Of a DNA stretch of 64,000 nt, positions 51,580 through 64,000 are shown piece after piece. Below the pieces are notes generated by a model, which made no database searches, had not been told where the DNA came from, and worked only from the letters and a program-made list of their open reading frames with translations. Origin of the DNA: Epiperipatus broadwayi (Eukaryota; Animalia; Onychophora); assembly GCA_028023455.1 (NCBI GenBank), contig JAQFVV010000003.1, positions 26,040,001 to 26,104,000 of the forward strand, in the 5' to 3' direction. A program made the translations under genes and the position numbers. The first letter of the stretch is position 1, and each line of letters begins with the position of its first letter.

Positions 51580-51808
51580 CATTGCTTGAGCAATTTCTTC
51601 TGGATTATCAGTTGACATATGAAATTCAAACTGAATAGCTTCATTTTCTTTATGCTTATCTTTACGTTTTTTGGGATCAACAACTCTTAGTTGTAGTTCA
51701 ACTATTTCTTTTTCTGTAGCAACTTCTTCATCCCAATTCAGCACTTCCAGTTTCAATCCAGTGTCTTCTAGAAAGAAGTCGTGGCACAACAAGTCTTTGA
51801 CAGTATAT
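51580..51808 (-). CDS. Wnk: WNK kinase exon: end of kinase domain plus autoinhibitory / CCT-like (PF2-like) domain
   Basis: Minus strand reads tttattgtag|A TAT ACT GTC AAA GAC TTG... and translates to (R)YTVKDLLCHDFFLEDTGLKLEVLNWDEEVATEKEIVELQLRVVDPKKRKDKHKENEAIQFEFHMSTDNPEEIAQAM|gttaag. This matches my recollection of vertebrate WNK1 RYSIKDLLNHAFFQEETG...[28 protein letters not shown]. Length 229 nt, phase 2 to phase 0. Confidence 0.95.
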
Positions 51809-53715
51809 CTACAATAAATTTACATATTTATATAGTTATCTTTTTTTTTTTATTCAATATGCAGCCCAATTATCATTAACAAATTTTTAATTAAATTTAA
51901 TAATAAAAAAAAACAAAACAAAAACTTTTTTTGACTTTCATTTCTACTTAACAATTTGCCTTGATTTTAAAAACTTAAACGTGATTTCATATCAAAAAAA
52001 CTTTAACTGAATGAAACAAAAATTTTAAAAAATATCAGAAATTTTCTATAAAAAGTACTCTTATTTTATATCTAGCCATATATGATACACACACACTGTT
52101 ACCAAAGTTTGAAAAAAAAAGGTGTCACTATTCAATAAGTAAAATAAAACAATCTCTAAATTAGACTAGTGCAAGGCAAAAGCCCATTCATCATCTCATT
52201 ATAAAGAAATAATGAAGATATTATTTACTAACCTTGTCAACTGCAGAATAGTAAGGATTTTAGAATTTGCCTATTCTTGTTTTATCCTTTACCTAAGAAC
52301 TATATATTAAAGCCAAGATTGATTTTGGAAGTACTTTGGGATTATTGCTCCTGTGACGTAATCATCCAGCCATATTTAATTCTAACTTTGCTTGTCATTT
52401 TTTTTAAAAGATTAGCAGTGACAAAATCAACAAATATTTCCACTGGAAATAAAGTATGGTGCACTACATTTCTTATAATGAGCCCATTTGTTTTCAAATG
52501 AAGCAAAGCAAAAAATTTCATCAAATTTATGAATCCTAAATAATTATCACTACATTTAGTTTTAACAAAAAATGATAAAATCAAAAAATATTTTTTCACT
52601 GGTAATAATGTATTTGAATTCAAATAAATTTAAAAAAATTATTATGAATACAATATAAATAAAACATTTTTTGTAAAAAAAAAAAAAATAAACAAAAGCA
52701 ATTTTCAATGTTCAGTTTATTTAATTCAAATATTTTATTTGTATCATATTCATACTACTTTTTAAAAAAAACTTTAATTCAAAAACACTTTTTAAATATA
52801 ACATTTGCTAAACCTAAAGGCATACTTCACAAACAATGAAAATATATTTGCAAAGTTAGAATAATTATGGCTGGACAACATCACAGCAGCACTAATCCCA
52901 AAGTATGGGTTATTAACTTTAAAAAAATTCTGAGCCAATTTGGAATTTGAAATTCACTTACATTTCTAGTCATTTTTCCTTTTCTAAACATAAATTAACA
53001 TTTTCTAATTAAAAACTATTAAATTAGTTAAAAAAATACAATTAGTCATTAGCTTTATATATCGCAAAATATCAGTTATCTACTATGTTATGAAACCTAT
53101 ATATCATGAGATATGTTGTATATGCTATTTAAAAAATGTAAACAAACAAAAATGCAAATAATCAACCAAAAAAAAAAAAAAACTATTAAAGTTCACATAT
53201 TTAATAACTTTTACAATACTCAAACTGCCATTTTAGTTGCTGAGGACCATAAATGATCACATTTATAAAAAAAAAAATTTTTAATTCATAAATAAAATTT
53301 AAATTATACAATCAGTCATTTTTCCAATTCAGCATTCCATACATAATCATGTTCATTAATAAAATTTCTTTGATATATATATTGAAAGCACATATTTTAT
53401 TCTATCATTTCCGAATTTGCTTGTGCAATATTTCTGTAATAAAATATTTTTTAAGAGTAATGCTAAAGTTTTACAAAATTTTAGAACATATTTAAAGATA
53501 ATACTGACTTAAAAACACACAATAACGAGATAATAGTTTCTTGATAATGAAACTAGTCTATTATGTTTCTATACGAGAAAAAATTGAAAAAGATAAATCA
53601 TCCAGAGCATATTCAACTGTGATGAAAGACACAAATTTTGCAAATTTCTTTTTAAAAAATAAGAGATTTTTTTTTTTTTAATATTAACTGACTGTGCACT
53701 AAAAAGAAATAAAAA

Positions 53716-53808
53716 CATGGGGGGAGGGGAAGGTCTGGAAATTAATAAAGTCAATCCCTTGTTATAAAAAATAGGGATTGACTTAATTAATATATGGACT
53801 CCCCCATG
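53716..53808. repeat. Short hairpin-forming inverted repeat
   Basis: Outer pair catggggga / tcccccatg and inner pair attaataaagtcaatccct / agggattgacttaattaat around a 13-nt loop. Confidence 0.75.
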
Positions 53809-53901
53809 CTTTGATTTGAAGTTAAATTTAAACACAACTGTGGTTGTAGAAACAAATTTTATTTCTTCCTAGTGCATAGTCAATAAAAGCATTTAATATA
53901 T

Positions 53902-54250
53902 TGTACCGGGTTCGTTCGTAAGAATGATCCAGCGTACTTTATTTGCTAGGTTTAACTGGGTTTAAACCTTATTTATGATAAATTTATAATTTTATATTAT
54001 AAATATTACATGAACGGACCAGCCCTTTGAGCAGAGGGGAGAATACCATTGATGGCAGAACCGTCAACGATACCCACGACCAGACCGAGCTATGCAACGC
54101 ATAACACGATCACATTGCCAGACCGTAGCCCACCTCTCAACTGCTAGATTCAAATCCCCACTATCCAAGCACTTTATTTGTTTTGAGGTAAACCTCAGGA
54201 GCCAGCTAGTTACGAGAACTAACATGTTTGGACAATAGGCCCATACGACA
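53902..54250. mobile_element. Probable solo LTR (349 bp)
   Basis: GC-rich island bounded by TGT...ACA with flanks tatat / aatat (4 of 5 identical, possible TSD). AATAAA appears on the minus strand. No ORF. Confidence 0.5.
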
Positions 54251-55461
54251 AATATTACGTTTCAAAATAATTTATTTAAACTAAACATTTATTACTCTGA
54301 TTTTAAATGCTTTTATAAGAACTTAATTAAATTAGACAATGATAATTACATATACTTACTATGCACACACTCTGAATTCATATAATAAACTAGAATATAA
54401 CACAAACATTAAATAAATACATGGCATTTAAATAAATATATGAAATCAATATAATATAACAAAGAGTATTCACATACATGACATTTCAAAAACACGCATA
54501 TAAATAGTTCTTTATGTATTCTATAGAGTTCATTATTAATTGACTCTGGGAGGCTTCAAATTATTGTAATGGCTACTTTAATTAAAAATGGAAATAAAAA
54601 ATGTTATTACCTAGAATTTGAACGTGGACTTCTTGCTGGTTGTTACTTCAAATGAAAATCTTTCCAACTGGTTGGATGTGAGGTTTTTCTTGAGGAGATT
54701 TAATGCTTAGTATTCCAAGGCATTTTTCTTTAAGACAGTTAGATATTGACAGCAGATTTTCAAATTGTTAGGCAGGCATTATTTTTCCTTGGCAGCTTGG
54801 CTGTTTCATCGGACTCAGGCTGGAGCAAAGTCGTATGTTTCCGACGACGATTAACAATGCATGATTGATTCTGGATACATAATAGACTGACTGATTGATT
54901 GACTGAACTGATTGTGATCCTCAATTGAACTCAACTCAATATTGGACTCAAATGATTGTCCGATAAAAAACTGGACTATTTATTAGGATGACCTGTTGTC
55001 ATTCTGATAATTGGTGTTTATGTCCGCTGGCTATCTCTGTTGTTGAAATTCCTCCACTGTTTTCGAACACATTCCTTAGATAAGCTTTTGATTACATGTT
55101 TTCATTTGGTAGCCATTACAAACTTGTTGTTTTGTGGATTTTGTTTAACTTAGTAGCCATTGCCGAGTGTTTTTTAATTTTTTAACTTTCTTATTTCATT
55201 TTATCAACATGCGCACATTTTGCTATGTTTACAATCGCTATTATCACACATATATATTTTATGCTAATAAATAATTTAAACGAAAGAGATTTCCTTTCCT
55301 TTTCTTTAATTTAAATTAAAAAGAGATAATTTTAATTATTTGAAAATCAACTCCTTTTAATCTCTCCTGTAAAACTATGAATTAATTGTTCTTAGCAAAC
55401 TACTTTTTTTTTCTTTAATATTTTAATAGGCAAATAGTTTACCCTCTGTGGCTAATTGTTC

Positions 55462-55886
55462 TAAATCAAAATATATAAAATGCGCTAACACGCACAAGCA
55501 CACAAAGCTAAAAACAAATAAAGAAAAGTATATATTATTTTTATTTTAATATACATATTTAATCAAATGGCTAAGCACTTTCAAGGGTCAAAGCCCTCAT
55601 ATTCATAGCTGTTTTGCAAAAATATAAGAAATTGATTAAGACTTTTCTATTTATGGCATCGCCATCTCTAGAGATAAAGTAAGCCTTTTTATATTGCTCC
55701 TAATCAATTTCTTATATTTTTACAAAACAGCTATGAATATGAGATAAGGGCTTTGACCCTTGAAAGCGCTTAGCCATTTGATTAAATATATATATATATT
55801 AAAATAAAACTAATATATACTTTTCTTTATTTGTTTTTAGCTAAGTGTGCTTGTGCGTGTTAGCCCATTTTATACATTTTGATTTA
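55462..55886. mobile_element. Fold-back MITE copy 2, same family, TA at both ends
   Basis: Starts taaatcaaaatatataaaatgcgctaacacgcacaagc and ends cattttatacattttgattta. The arms are nearly complementary and the central spacer differs from copy 1. Confidence 0.88.
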
Positions 55887-56199
55887 ATATTTTAAATGAA
55901 GAAAGAGAGAGTTATTTTTGAACGGTCATAACTTGTAACTTTTATTTACTTTCTAAAATTGTTCAGTTATTCCTCTCCCTCTTCTAATTAATTACTTGTA
56001 CATTTATTTCAAACCACTAATAATAGAAAAAAAGCTCTTTAGACCTTTAGTTTTAACGCTTCTAAGGCAAACTGCATTTTGATTAATAAAAAAAAAGCTC
56101 TTTAGATTTTTGTAAATAACTATCTCTCAAATTGAAACCTTCGCATTATTTATGTTAATTTTATTTTAATAATTTTTAGACAAAAAATTTCATATGGAC

Positions 56200-59100
56200 C
56201 GCTTTCTCACAAGCGGTACAATATATATAAAAAAATTTAGCTCTATTATGAAGTTTTTAATATTGGCACAGTAAATGAAAATATATAACTATTGTACTTT
56301 AAATTGACTGGATACTTATAATAGATAAATAGATATTTCTGCTATAAGTCAAAATGTAGAGAGGACATTTTAACATTAAAAACGTTCAGACTACTACAAT
56401 TGGTGTGCAAAGAAAATACCAAAATTACCGAGTTGCTGGAGCAGACGATTAAACCCAAAGTACTGGGTAAGTGACCATTTTCTTAATTTTGAGTCATGAA
56501 ATGGCGTAATCGCCCTAAATCTGCCATTGGCAGAATAAATTCTCAAGCCGATATCTTGCACAACTTTATCAGATAGCAAGACAGACAAGCTTAACAGTAA
56601 AAGCACAAAAGTAGGTCCAATAGATAGTAAAGACATATTAAAAGCACAAAACAATTGGAATTCATGTGTAAATAATTCAAATTCTAATCAACAACAAAAT
56701 TTAATCGCATAACTGAAAATACTGAGTCCCAAATAGTTAAAAACAAAGCTAAAACTTACAGCGATAACGTAGAAAATAACAACATATCGCGGTTTAAGAA
56801 AAGTAATTTGCCGACAGTTGATAAAAATAGTGTTACAGAAGCTCAAAATTATGATAATTCAAGTATACATATCCCAAATAATGATCATCTAACTAAATAT
56901 AATTCTATAACAGGAAAAGCAAAAATTAACATAACAAAAACTAAATTAGAAACTGTCGGGATTTACGGTGAAATCGAAATTAAAAAACCACCAGAGGCCG
57001 ATAAACGCAATCAAAATGACCACATTTCAATTTATAACAAAGTTATTCCAAACATTAAAAATTCAACAAATACAGAATCAGATGTAGAATTCAAAAATGA
57101 CAATTACCAATGTTTAAATTTTCAAAAAACTTTATCAAATAGTGAGATAAGCTGTCCTGAAGGCTGAGAGCTACACGACCCAAAAAAATCGCAAGAGGGT
57201 GCAAATTTAAATTTTGGATATAACCACGAATCTGTAATAGAAAAAAATAACAATCTTAAAAAAATAAAACCTGCAGAATTAAAATCAATAGAACGGAACT
57301 TAAATTACCATGAAGTTTCAAAACAAAATTCCAAATATAAAATGAATGATGACAGTGTTAACTCAGATTTTAAAAATACAAATTCTACCGTAACTTCGCA
57401 ACATAATAATCACGGTCAAAAAAGAAGATGACAGGTTAACTCAGATTTAAAAATACAAATCTACGTAACTCCAACATAATAATCAGGTCCAACTAACACC
57501 CTGCTAAACAGCAATACTCATGCTAAAACAACTGAATCCAACTCATAAAGTTACAAACTAAATTATAACAGTATCCAAAACCAAATACAGAGTAAAAAAA
57601 ATTCAATCATATGCCGAAACACTATCTAATAAAAACCTTTAATACAGCCGAGACAGAACCTAATAATATACGCGATGAAAATTCGTTCTTAAGAATAATC
57701 GATTTTGATGCTGAAGAAGATACAGCACAAATATAGATAAAAACATAATTCAATTGCAATTCAATGATGAAATCTACCTTAAAATTCACACCAAATTTAA
57801 TAACTCTGTACCAGATATACTTCTAAGATCCTTCTCAAACTACACGAGTGACAAAACACTAATATTACGCGTTACTAACTATAATGGAAACCTGTTCAAA
57901 TTCCCAACTGAGAGAATCTCAACAATGATTGCAGAAAAACAGATAGGGTTGGAATTAAACAGAATTATTACCCATCCAAATGTCAGATACATCATAGCCG
58001 AATTCAAAACATAGGGAGACAAAAACATTTTAAAATGCTATAAAAACCATAGATGGAAAATTCATAATTTATATAAATAACAACGCCAGCTACACTCCAA
58101 GGAGTGATAAGAAACTGCTTATTGGGCTTCTATGAAACAGAACTTCAAACCATGTTAGAAAAATACGGGGAAATTGATGTTTCAATATTGTTACGATCGC
58201 AATTCACAAAACCAAATTCTCACAATCACAGCATCATTTACATTAACACTACAACAGGGAGTAAACCCATCTGACATCCCTACAGTGGTCCATTCATGTG
58301 GGTCATCTATGGACTTATCATTCCATGGTGTAGCTCCTCAATGCTTCTGCCAAGAATGTACACACCTGATCAAGGACTGACCAGCTAGAATCTGTAAGAC
58401 AGATGGAGTAAAGAAAGGCAAAATCCACAGATGCTACATAAAATCAAACAAACTTGCTCAACTAAGTACAACCATTGATAAAAACACAACAAACCTTATC
58501 CAACTAGAAGCTTCATCGGCCGAAACCAAGCAGCCAAGTATAATCCAGAAATGTCGAAGAAATTAAAACCAAATAATTAGTACAAATGCTCATCGGTAAA
58601 TTTTGGACTTGTTCCAAAGCGAAACAGTCCTCCCCAGTCAAATCCAAGAGGCCAAACATCCAACCCAAGCGTCCAGCAGTGCATCGAACAAAATATACCC
58701 TTCCGAAGAATAAGCTCCCATCACAAACACAAACAACATAGAGCCAATAACAAAAGGAATAACAACAACACTGGAATATAGTCAACTAGTAATTACAGAC
58801 AAAAGACAAATTGATGCAGTGGATACAACCGACCTGAGCGAGTCAAATAATGATAGCGACAATGAACCAGGGAGCACACTAACTGAGTATCAAAATTACA
58901 GTTGCCCAAACCAAAACAATACAGAATGTAAAACAGCAAATCCAAAAACAAAAAAAAAGGAAACGTCAAAAGTAGCAAGGACAATCCAGTGGAGTGAGCT
59001 CAGATGAGGAAATATTCAACAATAACAGCACCACAACTGTAATACAACCAATTGTAATGAACAAAAGGACATCCACTAACTCTATCAAACACTATACAAG

Positions 59101-62100
59101 TATGAAATGAGGTTACTCAACCACAAATGGACACACAAATAGCCATTGAAAAAGCAACACAATCTAACAACATAAGGGACTATGATGAAATCAATTTAAG
59201 TGAAGAATTTAATCTATAGAAGAATTTAATCTATATGAGACCCTATCTCACTGGTCATCTCACTACAAAGAAACAACCTTACAAAACAATGACCAATAAA
59301 TGTCTTAAAACCTTTTGGATAAATATACGGTATTTCCACACAAGCCAATTTAAAAAACAAATCAGCATTATGGTGATAAAAATTATCAGTGCAAACATTC
59401 GAGGCCTGAACTCAATTCAAAGGGTTTATGCCATTAAAAAATGAATAAAGTGGCAAACCCCGCCAATTTTTCTTATGGCGGAAACAAAAGTACACACAAA
59501 TTCAAACTACATGACCACTCGACTCCTAGAACAATTTGGCTACACCAAACTATCCATTGCGACATCAGCTTTAGGCGGACTTGGAATAATTATAAACAAA
59601 AACATGCCACCATCATACTTCAAAATTCTATATATTGACAGCAATATTATAATTGCCATGGTGGAATACAATGGATTCATGCTCAGCTTAGCCTTCATTT
59701 ACAACCAAAATTATGGTCTTAAGATCAAGCTTCCTTCATTTACAACCAAAATTATGGTCTTAAGATCAAGCTTCTCGCCATTAATATTGCTTGGGGACTT
59801 TAACATCAGATACAATAAATTCAATTCCAAATATCTTCATCTCCTTTCAAAAAAGCTAATGTGTGGTCAGAGCTTCCCTTCCTCCTGGAGCATTTTCATA
59901 CTACACAAAAAATACAAGATCGTTGATCGATCTGTTCTACTATTCCACAGAGATTCATTTCCAAATGTAAGCCACCCTACAGGCAGTTAACTTCTCAGAT
60001 CATCTCGCCCAAATTCTGGAAGTCCATTCTGATGTCTTACCTTCACCTGGTGAGAGTGGTCCCCAAACCCTGAGAATGGTAACCTGGTCATCGGCATCAG
60101 AAGCAATAATTTCTGAATCATATATCTACTTTTTCAAAATAAACATTCATACACTCCCAATAGAACAGGCATGGTTCACATACATTGAGGTTCTACAGGC
60201 TATTATAAACAACTATACCCTTAAACTAAAAGGACCCATAAGAATGCTAGACGATGTTGAAGACCTTAATGCAGAATTATCCAAAATCCATAGTACTGTA
60301 GACAATATAAGTCGAATCCCCAACCTAAAACTTAAATACAGAAGTCAGTAATCTGGCCACAAAAAGAATCACCAAATACATTGATGCCCAGCACTGCTGG
60401 ACTCATGGGTATATCCATTGGGCGCTGGGACTATATAACAAGAAAAACATACCATCCACGATTCAAATGAAAAATCATTGATCGGATCACAAATGATTAA
60501 TGGAATAAAACAATATTTTCAAGAACTGCACCACCCCCAAGATATGGTATAGCACCGAAGATAACAACTCCCACATCACCTCAGAGCAAACAATCAAAAA
60601 TAAACTTGAATCCCTACCAGACTGCACACACCCCGGTATCTATGGAATTCCACGATTCATTCTGCTGCATCTCAGTCAATTCTCAATCCCAATAATTACA
60701 AAAATGACTAATTATCTTGCCCATGAAAATAGAATTATCCCAGAATTATACCCGATTGCAATGATTCCTTTTTAAAAAAAACATACCTCCCCTCAAAATT
60801 CTCCAGCCTCCGGCCCATCTCGATGACCCCACTAATGGTCAAAGCCATCGAATCCACAATAAAAGATGCTATACAGGAAACCAATCTCAATAATATCTCC
60901 AAAAGTCAATATGCAAGGTAGGGAACTTCCACTTTAATGGCAATGTCCCACATTAAGATGCTGGTAGATCACCTCCGCACTCAAAGGAGAACTAAACCCA
61001 TAGCCATACAGCTAGATATAGCAGCAGCGTTTGACTCCGTAAGAACAGACATCCTCCTCCAGTTTCTGGCAGAAAACCTCACTCCCAAGGCTTACATCCA
61101 GATTATTCCAAATCTGCTCAGAAACCGCCAGATCTGCATCTCATTAAACGGTAAAACCACAAGTAGTTTCAAACCATGTCTACCCATTCCTCAAGGCTCC
61201 CCATTAAGCCCCATCCTGTTCATTATATATAAATCCTTTGTTGAAAGAAACAGAAAAACACCTGCCTGGAGTCTTTGTCCCTAAACAGAGAGATAGGGGC
61301 TCTCATCTACATGAACAACATCGTTGTCATACTTCCCTCACAGAAATACCTTGGACTACTAAACACAATTTTGGTTCACTCTACAACAAAATTCATACTG
61401 AAATTTAACCTTGCAAAATCTTCAGCCTGGAGAATTGCCACAGGGAAAAAGATTTCCACTAACTTCTCTGGAGAGCCCCAGAACTTCCTTGGACTCCCTT
61501 TTCCATAAAATCCCCTCAGTAATGGTAAGGGAAGTACAAAACAACAACTGATTCAACAAACAAACTAATAGCATCTCTGTCCAAAGTTTACCTTTCACTC
61601 CATGGCAAGGTAACATTGCTAAATATAATCCTGTTCCCCAAGATCAACTACTATCTCCTGATCATCAAACCAACTAAACAGTTTGAGGAGAGGATCAACG
61701 CACTTTGCTCTAGGCTCTTTTGGCGTGGAAAAACAGTCACCATTAGCCTTTCCAGAATGCAGCATCCTCGTCAGTTAAATGGCCTATCCCTACACTCCAT
61801 AAATACAACCTACTTTCAAAAATGCTATAACATACTCAGTAGACATCGCAAACATCAAAGTTCCCACAGTTATGCAACCCACTGCCACCCTCCAAGGCAG
61901 ACTGGATCACAAGATTGGACAGCCTCATTAAGCAGAATCACAATCCTCACAATGCCGTGACTATCAGCAAAATTTAAATATTGGGATGACTACAACATTA
62001 TTCATCCACAGCACATTATTCATCCACAGATCCAACCATCTTATGGCAAGCTGAATTTAACGAACAAAAATCTCATAAACAAATTCAAAAGATGGAGTTT

Positions 62101-62650
62101 AGAAGAGGAGAAAAGAAAACAATAGACCATATAATACATAGATGCCCAAAACTCTGCAGCATCAGAGAACTGATATTTACCAGCTCCAAAATAACAATCA
62201 CCTCAATCTGGTGATGTATTGCTTACAAAAACTGTCGCATGGATTCAGCTCTCCATATTCTACACGTTTGCACTCTGGACAACACACTGCAAACTTAGCT
62301 TAGAACACCCAACTCCCGATGGTAAACAGGACTACATCCATATGATCAACAAGATTAAACAAAGAGATGAGACAATCGGACCCCGCCGCATTGTAGAAGA
62401 CACGTTGAAACTTCTGGACATCCCAGAACTCCACACAAAAAACAGAAATTCCCAACTCACAACGAAATAACTCACTACTACCCATACTCAAACAATTATG
62501 GAAACAAATTGATCTATAAGCTAAGACTAAAAACGATCCAGTTTGATGTGCAATGATTCCACATATCCACGGAACAATAACCAAAGAAATTCCCATGGCT
62601 TCCATCTATAACGATATCTGTATAATGATAGTATTTAGTAAATAAATGAT
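56200..62650 (+). mobile_element. Near full-length degenerate L1/Tx1-like LINE (ORF1 plus ORF2 EN-RT-CCHC), antisense to WNK
   Basis: ORF1 knuckle QCFCQECTHLIKD* (about 58340-58380). ORF2 start MVIKIISANIRGLN (59370), MAETK, LILLGDFN, SDHLA. RT motifs IQLDIAAAFDSV, IPQGSPLSPILF and YMNNIV. C-terminal KTIDHIIHRCP. Fragmented by stops and frameshifts. Boundaries are approximate. Confidence 0.88.
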
Positions 62651-64000
62651 TATTGAAATGAGGTAAAAATGTATACCCCTTATGTATATATATTTAGTAT
62701 GTGTACATAATACATGTGTATATATTGTAAATGAAATTCACTTAAAACATGATTTAACTTTAAATCAATATCACATATAGTGTATATAAGTCATTAGACA
62801 TATCTGCAGTAAGTTAATATATACTGAAACAGTAAGATTTGCTTTGCAGATCTTCATTTCATCTTTGCTCACATCTTTCCTGCCCTCATATCTTAGTTTA
62901 AATCCCCAATGTAACATAGTGTCTGTAATGCGCTTATATGCCGAAGATCCCGCCTAACTTTAAATCACAAGTAAAACGCTTTGTGTTTTATATATATATA
63001 GTTCTAACTCCCAGCAAAAATAACTAGTATAAATTATGTGTACGTACACGTAAAAATATTTATTTGAAAAGTAGGTGATATAGTTCGTATTTATGCACAT
63101 ACTGCGATATATTCATTTTAAAAACTTAAGTTAAAATAATATGTTGTTATTTAAAATTATTTCTGTTTAAATCTATTCATAAAAAAAAGATATTACATTC
63201 GTAATATTTTAGTTTAAAATAAAATTATATTAATCTCATAAGTAGATTTAAACACTGAAAATTAAAAGAAGTTGTTATTTTAGATTTTAAAATCAAACCA
63301 TCAATTAAAATCAAGCCATCAATTTTATGTAAAAAGTAAATGAGGGTTGGTAAGAGAACAATAGTTTTAATTAATATATTCTAGTGGCTTATCAAGAAAT
63401 ACAGCAGATGTCCACTTAAGGTATTTTAATTAGCGAAGGTTTTTCTTAAATGAAATTAAAGTTTTAATCCGAATGTCTACAAGGTAATTAATAATAGTAA
63501 AATTAATTATAACATTTATTAAATTCCTTTAGATGTTCGGATAAGTTTAATTACAGCATTGATTAGATAGCAAATCTTTTTTTTGGGTATGTTTGTTACA
63601 CTGCAGGGCAGTATTATTGTACAGCTCTCAGATATATAGGGCTGGTTTTATTTTAACAAGTAGTGGGCAATTAGTCTTCAAGCAATTTGTTATTAGTCGG
63701 AAATTAGTCTTCAAGTAAATTTTAAAGCCTTTAACTATATTTGTGAGTCAAAAAAAGCTATTTTATAAAAGTTGAATTTGCTGAGAGTTAAGAATTTATT
63801 CCCCTACAAGAAGTTAAAGCCAGGTGTATTCGGAGAACTGCACATCCCAAGTCTTTAATGAGAAAATTTAAATGTCAGAGTAGAGCTAGCAAGGTTATTT
63901 TATTTTCCTTTCAGAAATGGCCATCTGCTGCACATCAAGCCATCTGATGCCTTCACTTAAGAAGCCCTGAAAACTGCCACCACTGCTGAAGATGTGAACT

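Noticed and set aside
52233-52240. Candidate 8-nt microexon (ctgcag|TTGACAAG|gttagt)
   Set aside because: It would frameshift the end of the kinase domain, where the family sequence is continuous (ER/Y).
843-53835. Many 60-100 aa AT-rich ORFs (e.g. 843-1133, 4545-4850, 17916-18170, 37076-37303, 50270-50560, 53569-53835)
   Set aside because: They are Phe/Ile/Leu/Lys-biased chance ORFs or antisense readings of TE relics, without domains.
51809-64000. Search for upstream WNK catalytic exons (expected ...CIR...ER ending in phase 2)
   Set aside because: None found by eye on the minus strand. They probably lie beyond position 64000.
63910-64000. GC-richer tail ending ctgctgaagatgtgaact (possible exon or start of a hammerhead motif)
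   Set aside because: It is cut by the window edge and cannot be evaluated.
1-64000. CRISPR arrays, rRNA, intact tRNA genes, operons
   Set aside because: None seen. The repeats lack a repeat-spacer pattern and the locus is an intron-rich eukaryotic gene.

Overview
This is strongly AT-rich eukaryotic (invertebrate, probably arthropod) genomic DNA with no prokaryotic features. The whole window appears to lie inside one large minus-strand gene, a WNK (with-no-lysine) Ser/Thr kinase. Recognisable exons are: end of kinase domain plus autoinhibitory/CCT-like domain (51808-51580); a 1384-nt exon with the first coiled coil and a Tyr-punctuated poly-Gln repeat (29627-28244); a 131-nt exon (23490-23360); and a Gln-rich exon (21157-20384) followed by a stop-free, in-frame 351-nt segment and a 99-nt exon (20032-19934). 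The catalytic exons and the C-terminal exons seem to lie outside the window. The introns contain decayed mobile DNA: three RTE-type LINEs, a near full-length degenerate L1/Tx1-like LINE, three Penelope-like fragments, a hAT MITE with a perfect 8-bp TSD, two long fold-back MITEs, another TIR element, a tRNA-derived SINE, a probable solo LTR and a Merlin-like fragment. The main points of interest are (1) a fold-back cluster of short non-coding repeats carrying minimal type I hammerhead ribozyme motifs at 32.1-33.4 kb, one copy with an intact core; (2) an exitron-like alternative splicing unit in WNK; (3) the periodic Tyr/SQ poly-Gln exon. All calls are by-eye reading without database searches.
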